DNA of 64,000 nucleotides, from positions 183,644,001 to 183,708,000 of the forward strand of contig CM059426.1 of the NCBI GenBank assembly GCA_030390025.1, read 5' to 3'. The translations under genes were made by a program, and so were the position numbers. Positions 1-10,154 of this stretch are shown here, one piece after another. Positions within the stretch are counted from its first letter, which is position 1; every line of letters starts with the position of its first letter. This DNA comes from Squalus acanthias (taxonomy: Eukaryota). The notes beneath the pieces are model-generated. The model saw only the letters and a list, made by a program, of their open reading frames with translations, made no database searches and was not told where the DNA came from.

Positions 1-25
1 TCCCCCTAGTATCAGCTTACCTCAG

Positions 26-427
26 TTGGCACCACTCTCACCTCAGTAAGACAGTCCTGGGTTCAAACCCCACTGCAGGGCTTGAGGACATAAAGTAGAC
101 TCACACTTCCGTGCAGTACTGAGGAAATTCTGCATTGTCAGATGGGACGTTAAACAAAAGGTGGATGTAAAAGATCCCACTGCACTAATCGAAGAGGAGC
201 AGGGAGTTCTCCCGGTGTCCTGGCCAATACTACTTCCTCAACCAACACCACCAAAACAGATCAACTGGTCATTTATCTCATTGCGGTTTGTGGGACTTTG
301 CAGTATGAAGCTTGGCCATTGTGTTTGCCTACATTACAACACGACTACTCTTCAGAAGTAATTCATTGGCTGCAAAGTGCTTTGAGATGTCCAGAGGACG
401 TGAAAAGGCACTATATAAATACAAGTT
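26..427 (+). mobile_element. tRNA-headed SINE, DeuSINE/SacSINE1-like
   Basis: B-box-like GGGTTCAAACCCC, central core GGATGTAAAAGATCCCA...GAAGAGGAGCAGGGAGTTCTCCCGGTGTCCTGGCCAATA and tail AAGGCACTATATAAATACAAGTT. At least 6 more copies occur in the window. Confidence 0.75.
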
Positions 428-695
428 GATTCATTCGGATCTGTATGGCTTAGTACCATATACATTTACACACATAAATATAAATATATATATATATGTA
501 TAAAAAACATATACATGTATGCCCATGGTTCCTGACACGGACCCCAGTGGATTTTTCAGAATCAGCTCTATTTGCATATTTTTGACAGCCTTCCAGCCAG
601 ATTTCTGACAGTGCCTGTAAATGAGCGGAGGGGGATGGCAAGCGATTTAAAATGTAACACTCTCTACCCCCTATTCCTTTTTTAAAAAATTCATT

Positions 696-1045
696 CTCAT
701 GATGTTGCCATTCGTGGCAAGGCCGGCATTTATTGCCCATCCCTAGTTGCCAAGGTGGTGGTGGGCCTTTTTCGCGAAGTGCTGCAGTTCGTGTGGTGAA
801 GATGTTCCTACAATGCGGTTAGGTAGGGAGTTTCAGGATTTTGACCCAGCGATGAAGAAGGAACGGCGATGTGTGTCAGGATGATGTGTGACTTGGAGAG
901 GAATTTGAAGATGATGGCGCTCCCATGCATCATCCGCCCTTGTCCTTCTAGGTGGTGAAGGTCACAGGTTTGAGAGGTGCTGCTGGAAAAGCCTTAGCAA
1001 GTTGTATCCTTAGATAGATAATACACACTGCAGCCATGGTATGCC
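696..1045 (-). mobile_element. 3' fragment of a CR1/L2-group LINE
   Basis: Reverse-complement similarity to 25490-25850 (shared GGGATGGGCAATAAATGC..GCCTTGCCA tail). Confidence 0.7.
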
Positions 1046-1620
1046 CTGAATGTTTAGGCTGTATTTTTATTATGCCATACTTAGGGTCTCAACTTTTCTT
1101 TGGCAAGTTAATTTGCAACACTGAATTAATGACAGGAGTATTGGGACACAGGCACCACAAGCATTTGAGATTGTATCTTAAAAAAAAGGTATCACACTGA
1201 TCTACTGTAGAAATATAACAAACTTAGGCCTACTATAAAAGAATTTAACAGTCAACCACTATTTGAGTTATAATGAGTATGAGGAAATAATCTAGAAAGC
1301 AATTTAAAAAATAAATTCTAGATATAATTTCTCCTAGAATTACTCAATGAACATCTCTTCTATAAATACAGCATTTGGTAATAGCTACTCCAGCACACTG
1401 CTTTACAAAAACTTATGATTTTGGGTGTCACAATTCAGATTATGTGAACTGCTTTACTTGGTGGTTATTTTAACACTACTCCATTGTGCCTTACAATATA
1501 CATTGGAGAAAAAAAAAGTAAATTTTTATGCTTGTGAAGACAAAACGGTTTATGAACAGAATACAAGAAATAAGCACAGCTTTGTGATTACTTATATAAA
1601 AATAAATAAAATATACTTAC

Positions 1621-1703
1621 TAGGTAGCTACTAAACCCTTCCCCAAGATCTACTGAATTTGAAAACGTTCGTGGAATATCATAGCTATCTTGAGGACCAC
1701 AGT
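1621..1703 (-). CDS. GAB1: GAB1 coding exon 5
   Basis: Acceptor ccttcctttacag| and donor |gtaagt; 83 nt, phase 1 to 0. Encodes DCGPQDSYDIPRTFSNSVDLGEGFSSYL (GAB1 QDxYDIPR motif). Confidence 0.93.
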
Positions 1704-4361
1704 CTGTAAAGGAAGGGGTTTCAAGAGTGAGATCACAAAAAACTAAAGTGCTCTCCCAAAGAAGAAAGCAGAACACAAACAACAGAACGTGTTAAATTCA
1801 ATGTTAGAAAATACCTGATACACTGAAAATTAAGACAAAACCAACGGTTTGAAGTACAAGAATTGTAGTGCATCTTCCCTATAAAAATGGCAATCAAGAC
1901 CACTTTCAAGTATCATAACATTTGTTGTGTCCATCACAACTTTGCATAGGTTTTTAAGACTTGCAAGGTCTGAGTGTACTGCATGTTTAAAAGTTTGGCT
2001 GTTGGTCTATAACTGGTAGATGTCGAAGGTGGATCTTTTATACAGATACAAGTTAATGTGCTGGAATTGTACAGTAACTGAAAATAACAGCTTTAAAGCT
2101 ACAAAGAAATGGATTTATTACAAATATGAACTAAAATGATTAATGGCACAAAAAGTTACTTAATGTCAGGAATTTACTTCAGCCTGCACCTCCTTTTATT
2201 TTCAGTCTGTACTACACCCTGCCAATACAGGCCTTTTAAAACAGAAAAAAGCAATCCCAGTACTGACCTGACAATTAAAAAAAAATAGAAACCGTAGCAA
2301 TTTTCCATTCATAAAATGAAAACGTTAAAAAGATTTGGGAGCAATGAGTGAGTCAGTGCACGGACACAGTGAGTCACAGCATGGTGCAATTCCAGTTCAT
2401 AGCAGAAAATGGTCGTGTGGCAAGTTGCCCATCTAAGGAGGAGAAACAGAAGAGATGTGCCTCTTCAGAGGGTGAAGTCTACCGGTTCTCTCATGCATGC
2501 TTCCTACTCTCTGGTTACAGCAGCAGCAGGATGCTGCCTACTCTTAGCTGGAGGGGATTACATGCTATTGGATAACTAGAGAAGAACATTACTGACAGTA
2601 AAATTAGCTGATGCCAAATTTCACAAAGGCGGACATCTTAAAAAAAATATTTAAAATATTTTTGCAATATACTTGCATAATATTAAAATAAATATTATAC
2701 CAGCATGCAACTAACCCAAATTGAAAAGCTTACCTAACTTGGGTTGAGTTTGACGATTTCATAAACCATATCAGGAAGGTAAAAAGCTGGTATATATTTT
2801 GACCGTTTCAGGTTTGTAATTAGTTTCAGCCATTTTTACTGCACCGTGGCAGTAACTTGACATCCAGGAATGAAAGGGCTGCCAATCCCTACTGAGTCAA
2901 CACTCACACTCACCAACTAAGCCTCTGGCAGGCAGGTGTCACCCAAGCACAAATCAGAGCCCCTGTCCACCCTGAGAAGCTAAGTTTCCTTTATCGTGCA
3001 ACAAGGTACTAACAGATTTTTGATAAATTACATACAGAAGAGAAGTTTAAAAAAAGGGTGGGAGAGGCTGAAATATTTTGCACTGTAAGTACTTCCTATT
3101 GAGCATCATTCTTCATTAATAGCAATTAATGGTTGTACATGGACACACACCTGGCTGGCTCAGCTCCAGAATATGGGTGGCAGAAGTGCCTTAAACTTTA
3201 ACCAGGTTAGCAGGTAAGTTGATAATAAAGGGAATTAAAAACAAAGCCAAACTGAAGAAAGTGAATGCTCATATATAAGCAGTGCTGCCCGAGGCGCCAT
3301 CCCATGCAATAGAACTCTAGAACTGCACAACAGGAACATTTTAAAATATTAATCACTGAGGCAACTACAACATGGTCCCCTGTTCCACAGAATTGACTTT
3401 TGTGCTTGCTGGGAGCACAATAGGCCCCAGACAATGTGTGCTGGAGTTGCTAATGGACAAGCCCAGACACGCACTCGGCTCAAAGTGGAGATTTGACTTA
3501 CAGATCCCTCGACAGAAATTCCGAAAATACCTGTACGTGTTAAGGTAGTGTCATGATAGTCAGGCAAGTACCTCATTTGGTGCTTTATAGTGGCATATTT
3601 GAACCAGGCTAGGTCAGCAGGTGATCAACTTTGCATTTTATACAGTCGAGTACGCTTTAATGATGAAAGCAAGTTTCTCTTGTTTTTAACCATTATATAA
3701 ATTATACATTTATTATAAAAATAGGTTTATACTGAAAAGGTACCTCCTTCCAACAACTGAATTTTCCCCTTCAAGACTGCTGTTCACCCTATGAACAAGC
3801 CAGTCAGAAGGGTATTTGAGAGTATGGATTTCCAGGCACATCTGAACACGAGAATTCCTCATGCCACTAAATAGTATTCCCAGAGTCATTTTCCTGGACA
3901 TGTACGAACTTGTCAGTGTGCACTAGCTTTTGACTTCTTGGCTTGTCCTTTAGGTCACCACTCCACATTTTCAGAAAACATTTTTCCCTCAATCCCACTT
4001 TTCCCTCCTCCTCAGCTAAATTAAGTAAAATTCCATGGGCTCCAAGTGCCCTCCAGGGCTATTATTGATTCATGAGCCTCAACAGCAAATGTGTTAGATT
4101 ATTCAACCGTGGAATCACGCACACACTTTCCAGGAGGGGGCACTGCAAATCGATCAGGGCAGGAAGCTGCTTTACTTTTCCTCTCGCTAACCCTGGAGCA
4201 GTGAGGCCAATTGTAGCACTCTTATTACAATCCCAGCTGAGACCAGATATCTCAGCACAGCCTGGCAATTGAACCTGGGGCCTTCCTGGTCTTTATAATT
4301 CGGTGGATAAACTGAGGGAAGCAGAGAAAGGACAGTTACTTACACAAGTCACTGAACTGAC

Positions 4362-4966
4362 CTTTTCTTAGCCAATGGCCTTCCACAGTGCCAATGGTAT
4401 TGCTTCGAAGAGTTTTGCCGGACGTAGGAACGCTGTAATTAGTATCGGCCTCTGAGGATGATCGAGGTACACAATAGGTGTCCACCGGGGAACGGTCATG
4501 AGATAAAGAAGGTTTTGGTGGGCGAGGTGGAGGAACATCTGGTATAGGTTCCAACTTTGAGCAACTTTGACTCAGGGTCCCCTCTACAGAAGATCGTGGA
4601 ATCTGATAAGTACCTCCAGGTGTTGGAGGAATGTCATAACAGACAGACATCTGTCTCATTTGATTCTCTATACCAGATATCCGTGAGGGTGTATTAAATA
4701 CGTATAAATCTCCTTCACTATCAGCAGTCGATGGAGAGCAAGTTCCAGCAATTATGTCTTGAGAATAACTCCTTGGCAGGTTGTAAAGATTTGGATCTGT
4801 AAACGTGGAAGTAACTCTGGGTGGGGGAGAATCGTAAAAGCTTTGCTGTGAAAAGAAGCCATTCATAGCCTGTTTAGGTGCAGGAGGTGCTGGGGGTTTG
4901 TGTGAAGGTACATTGTCATTGCAATCAGTTTCTGATGAGGTGGACTTCAAAGAATCTGCATGCAAC
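4362..4966 (-). CDS. GAB1: GAB1 coding exon 4 (YxxP cluster and GRB2-SH3 binding PPPRPPKP)
   Basis: Acceptor ttttcag| at 4967 and donor AAG|gtcagt at 4361; 605 nt, phase 2 to 1. Encodes [58 protein letters not shown] and YSVP. Confidence 0.96.
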
Positions 4967-5497
4967 CTGAAAAACAAATCAGAACACTTCAAAAACTGTT
5001 CCCCACACCAGCGCCATTAGGCATGCAAAAAAGTGATCAGTGCAAATCAACAGTCTGCAGTTAGCTGCCTTGGGTGGAAACTGATTTTACGGAGGTAATT
5101 TAGCAACCCCAACTTTTCTTTTGGGCAGATTCATAATCTATGGATTAGAATACTTAGCTGTACTTTTGTAATTATTTCAAATAATTTCAAGGGAATGACA
5201 TTGAGGGCATGCCTTCAGTGCTGGCCTGCTGATCTCACCTGCTTCTAATTTAACGATTTACAAAAGAAATGATGGGGCTGCTACAAGTACACAAACTAAA
5301 TAATCACTTCAACCAGCAGACAAGAGAAAGTAAATCCATTGGAATGCAAACATGCAGACAAGAAATTTTACATTTAAACTTCAAATAAAATTCCAGTGCT
5401 TCAACATAACGAGAAATTGTCACCCAGAGGTAAACCAGATTGAGATTCTACCTTCCATAAACCTCAGCTCATCCAAAACTCAGCTACCCATATCCTA

Positions 5498-6249
5498 AAT
5501 AACAGAAAACGCTGGAAAAACTCAGCAGGCGAGGCAGCATCCGTGGAGAGAGAAACAGAGTTAACGTTTCAGGTCGAAGACCTTTCATCAGAACTGGAGA
5601 CAGCAGGAAATCAAATAGATTTAAAGCGAGGATGAAGCTGGGAAAAGGGGGAGGGGATAAAAGAACAAAAGGAGACATTAAGAGATATCAAGGCAAGAGG
5701 TGGTATTAATGTGACAGGTTAAGGCTGAAAGAAGTGTGAAATCCACTGGCAGAATGAAGGACAGCTGCCAGCTTCTAGGAGGGAAAAAAAAAGGGGGGAT
5801 GAGAAAATAAAATATAAATGTGATGGGGCTAAGGTTATGATCTAAAATTGTTGAACTCGATATTGAGTCCAGAGGGCTGTAGCGTGCCTAAACGAAAGAT
5901 GAGGTGCTGTTCCTCAAGCTTACGCTGCGCTTCCGTGGAACAGTGTAATAGGCCAAGGACGGTGAGGTCAGAGTGGGAGTAAAGCGGTGAATTAAAGTGA
6001 CAGGCGACCAGGAGCTCGGGGTCCCCCTTACGGACTGAACGGAGGTGTTCCGCAAAGCAGTCACCCAATCTGCGTTTGGTCTCCCCAATGTAGAGGAGAC
6101 CACGTCGTGAGCAGCGAATACAGTATACTAAATTGCAGGAAGTACAAGTAAATCGCTGTTTCACCTGGAATGCTGCCTCGCCTGCTGAGTTTTTCCAGCG
6201 TTTTCTGTTGTTATTTCGGATTTCCAGCATCTGCAGTATTTTGCTATCA
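5498..6249 (-). mobile_element. Penelope-like retroelement fragment with GIY-YIG endonuclease end, inverted tail and 13-bp TSD
   Basis: ORF 5835-6170 encodes FTCTSCNLVYCIRCSRRGLLYIGETKRRLGDCFAEH...LEEQHLIFRLGTLQPSGLNIEF. Segment ~5500-5541 is inverted relative to ~6170-6213. Direct repeat TACCCATATCCTA lies at 5485-5497 and 6250-6262. Confidence 0.92.
5559..5595 (-). ncRNA. Minimal type I hammerhead ribozyme motif (PLE family A)
   Basis: AGUU-CUGAUGA-A-AGGUC(UUC)GACCU-GAAA-CG-UU-AACU: conserved core, stem I AGUU/AACU, stem II, and palindromic stem III AACGUU. Confidence 0.75.
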
Positions 6250-6994
6250 TACCCATATCCTATCCTGCACCAAGTCCCACTCACCCATCACCCCTATCTT
6301 CACCAATTTATTTTGAATCCTGCTCCCCCAATGCCTCAAATTTAAAATTCTCCTCCTGGTGTTTAAATCCCTCTATGGCTTCACTCCCCCATCTCCTTCA
6401 GTGGTACAAACCGCCCCCCCCCCGCCCCCCCGCAGACTCCGGCCTCTTGTGCATTTCCCCCCCCCCCCTTTTGCAGCACTGGCAGATGTGCCCTAAGCCT
6501 TCTAGGTCCTATGCTCTGAAATTCCCTCCCTAAACCACTCCGCCTCTCCACCTCCCTCTCCTCCTTTAATACCCTCCTTAAAACAAACCCCTCTGACCAA
6601 GCTTTTGGTCACCCCTCCTAATATCTCAGTCTTTGGCTTGAAGTCCATTTTTCCTTACACCTCTGTGAAGTGCCTTGGTATGTTTTTCTCTGTTAAAGGC
6701 ACTAAATAAATGTAAGTTGTTAAAAAAACAATCTACTTTAAGTCACTAAACTCGATACACATGCACCACTGATTTCACTTTTTTGTCTCTTATTATTACT
6801 TGGATTTTCACAGGAAATGGATTAGAAAATTCAGTACAATCATTCCATTCTTTCGGATCTGCCTCTCTCTTTAGAACAAAGCTCTGTACTTCTGTGTGTT
6901 TGTATTGTTTGACATGGAGGAGCAATATTCATTGTAAAGGCCAGTTTTGTGTGTTCAATTATAAAAAGGACAAATAAGCCATAAAGACCACACA

Positions 6995-7450
6995 ACAGAT
7001 TCACCAGGATGGTACAGAGGATGAGCAACTAAAATTAGTAGCAGACGAGATACTGCGACTATTTACACTGGAACAAAGAAGTCTAAATGGAGATTTAAGA
7101 GATTTTTAAAAAAATGTCGACGGGTTTTGATTGGGTGAATCTGGTTGGAGGGTGAACCTGGTTGGAGAATCAGTGACAAGTGGTCACCAATTTACAATGC
7201 TCACTAAGAGAGTAAAAAGGGAGGTTAGGCGAAGTTTCTTTATGCAGAGTCGTTGGAACATAGAATTCTTTGCCACAGGCAAGAGTTGAGGCAGAAATTA
7301 TTGCATCTTTTCAGGGAAAAATAGTTTAACATTTGAAGCAGAGTAGGATGCAGGGATATGGGAAGAGAGCAGAACAATGGGATTGGTTTTGGAGCAAAGA
7401 GCAAAGAACTGTCTGATGAAAATAAACTCTGGTTTATCGGATCTTTCATG
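6995..7450 (+). mobile_element. Old CR1 LINE 3' fragment
   Basis: AGATTCACCAGGATGGTAC..CTGGAACAAAGAAGTCTAAATGGAGATTTAA corresponds to degenerate RFTRM../LEQRRLRGDL motifs. Confidence 0.6.
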
Positions 7451-7695
7451 ATGTAGAGCACTACTGCTCCTCCCTCCCCAAGGTTTCAAATTTGCACAAT
7501 TCTGTGCGTAATTCCACCACACTTCATATTTTCCTTTAAAAGCAAAGATCTTACTCATAAAAATTAAACCAATCTTTCATATGCCTTAGGGGAGGAAAAC
7601 ACATTACCTACCTGTACAGATTACATGTTTCTCAGTAAGTGTGAATAGTACTTTAAACAATGCCAATTTTGAACACACATAATAAAAAGTTACAG

Positions 7696-7925
7696 AAACA
7701 GAAAATGCTGGAAATACTCAGCAGGTCAGGCAGCATCTGTGGAGAGAGAAAAACAGAGTTAACGTTTCAGGCCGATGACCTTTCATCAGAACTCACGACG
7801 AAAGGTCATCGACCTGAAACGTTAACTCTGTTTCTCTCTCCACAGATGCTGCCTGACCTGCTGAGTACTTCCAGCATTTCTGTTTTTATTTCAAATTTCC
7901 TGCATCCGCAGTATTTTGCTTTTGT
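7696..7925. mobile_element. Palindromic PLE tail remnant (family A)
   Basis: Arms ~7696-7787 and ~7797-7885 are near-perfect inverted repeats of the tail seen at 5500-5595 and 6170-6249. Confidence 0.88.
7756..7794 (-). ncRNA. Minimal hammerhead ribozyme motif (PLE family A)
   Basis: GAGUU-CUGAUGA-A-AGGUC(AUC)GGCCU-GAAA-CG-UU-AACUC; 5-bp stem I and a G-U pair in stem II. Confidence 0.75.
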
Positions 7926-8874
7926 AATAAAGAGAGTTGCTGGGCAGAACACGAAGGTTTTTTTTTAAAAAACGACACCGTTGGAAACTGACTGCAATAC
8001 AAAGAATAAAGTGAACACCAATACTGGAAAATGTTACAAGTCAGTCTGCTGCTGCAATCAACTGCACTTCCAACATTTTCAGATTCCACAGATCTTTCCA
8101 CACCATCTGAAAATGTACATCAATTTTGCTTTAATCGATACAGGAGCCACACTTGAAAATATGCAAACTATTTGAAGCATATACAATGGCACTGGAAACA
8201 AGAGTCCAGCTCCATTTTAACAATGGAAAATGTGCAATTGCGACAGGGTAATCACAATACTAGGAGTAATACAGCAGTTATAGTTTAAAAAAAAGTCTAA
8301 CAAGGTTTTTGAACAATAAATCTGACTGAACTTGGTTTTACAGCTAGTGTTACAGACAGAAGCACCATTGCTAATGATGTCTTAGGCTTTGACACTTTGA
8401 CCTTCAAGCAATATTGCAGAACAACAGAATCTGAATCCCACCTGGGTGATAATTAAAAAAACAAATCATAGGCCAGGTAACTCTCATTAATTTTCATGCC
8501 TTTGCCTTTGCTAAAAGTAGCTCTTGAAAATAATTTAATGAATCTTGTTCCACAATGAAAATGCATCTCTTTATTATTCATGTAGAATTAAAAGAAGAAA
8601 AAGGTAATCTTGCATCATGTGAGTGTAAACAAGATTTGTCTGGCCCTTCAGTGTTCTATATTAGACACATTCTGGCCCAAGGTCCATGATATTGCATATC
8701 AGTGATTTGAGGACAGTGAATTGAAGTTATTTGCTTGACTGAAGTTTCTGACATGGAGAGTGAGAAGAAGAAAGGGTTTTAAAAAAAAAAGTTTACTTCT
8801 ATAATTCACTACTACTTTATGCAAGAACATCTGTACACCTGTCAGACTGCACAGCAGCATTTTCATAGAAAAAC

Positions 8875-9052
8875 AAAGTTGGAAACTCACAGCAGGACAG
8901 TGCAGAGAACAGACAAGTTCATGTTTTGGGCGTGGACCCTTCTTCACCTGAAACACTAATTTTTAACCTGTTCTCTCCACAGATGCTGACCGACTTCTGA
9001 GTCTTTCCAGCATTTTCTGTTTTTGTTTCAGTTATCTGTAGTATTTTCTTTT
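8875..9052. mobile_element. Older degenerate palindromic PLE tail remnant
   Basis: ..CCTGAAACA..TCTCTCCACAGATGCTGACCGACTTCTGAGTCTTTCCAGCATTTTCTGTTTTTG, preceded by a decayed inverted arm. Confidence 0.6.
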
Positions 9053-10000
9053 TACTCACATTTTTGAAGAGTTTGATCCAAACAAACAAACAGAAATTTG
9101 TTCTGAAGATAGAGAAAATTGATTCGTCTCACTTTTAGTAAACATATGTTTAAATCCAGTAACAACTGCCAGAATGGTTAATAAATTCCAGTGTCAAAAG
9201 CCTAACTGTCTGGATCCTGCAGCGAATATACTACTGTAAATCTCAACTTCTGGTAACTGCAATAGCAACCTTTAATAGTACAATATTGTAGATGACCCTT
9301 TATAAGCCATGCAGAAATACTTTTAACAGGAATTTGGGGCTAATAATTGTCAATTTTTGAAAAGATCAGGTTCTCACGAATAATCTATACCATAATCGAT
9401 CCACACGCACATCTTACTCATTCATCGTTTTTACATGCAGAATGATTCAGTAGTCACCTTGCATTGAAGCAAAACAACTTGCATCACTAGATTTATGCAT
9501 ATTTCTGTAGTTCAAATAAATAGTTATGTGATCTAAAAAAAGGGCCAAAAATAAAAGTAACCTATGCATCTATGAAAACTTTATAAAAGCATCCTCATGA
9601 ACCTCACCTTCATGCAGGTTTTTAGTTACCTGAAAATTTTGAGTTACAACTTCTGCAATGGTGTACAAGGTCTTTTGCTGCTCAGCATAAAGCTTATTGC
9701 TGCAACGTTAATCAGTATGGCATACACCTTACTACCGCCAAGTTCAAAAGCTGGTATATGGATCCACAAACATTGGCAATCTTCACCATTCTTCACATCC
9801 CAGCCTAGACAGTGACCGTCGGCAGCCTATGTGACCCTGTCCTCACACCAAGTCCACAATTACATATACTCTCCAGTAGGGGTCACTGGGTAGTAATCAG
9901 TAGCAGATCACTGGCTGATTTTTACCGTCCCTAACAAAGGGTTGCTGAGGTCAATTGAAAAGCTTCAACTGTTCCTGCTGTTTACATCAGTTATTTTGCA

Positions 10001-10154
10001 ATATACATATACACACACACACATATATATACATACACATATACACAAACATATATATACACAAATATACACGGTACAGCATATACGTACACATATGCAT
10101 ATAGACACATATATACATACATACACAGCATGTATACACACACCTGGTATATAT
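10001..10154. repeat. (TA)/(CA) low-complexity microsatellite, continuing at 13048-13108
   Basis: atatacatatacacacacacacatatat... on both sides of the LTR element. Confidence 0.9.

Larger units (their letters stand above)
5440..6722 (+). mobile_element. Decayed L2-like LINE 3' end, interrupted by a Penelope insertion
   Basis: Sequence ..CAGCTCATCCAAAACTCAGCT..ACCAAGTCCCACTCACCCATCACCCCT.. is continuous across the insertion and ends in AAAGGCACTAAATAAATGTAAGTTGTT. Confidence 0.6.

Noticed and set aside
161-361. Recurrent MDVKDPTAL.. ORFs (also 60123-60323)
   Set aside because: Translations of the non-coding SINE core, not a gene family.
2725-2800. AG|GTAAG donor on the minus strand at ~2733 with downstream UGCAUG
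   Set aside because: No convincing upstream acceptor giving an in-frame exon.
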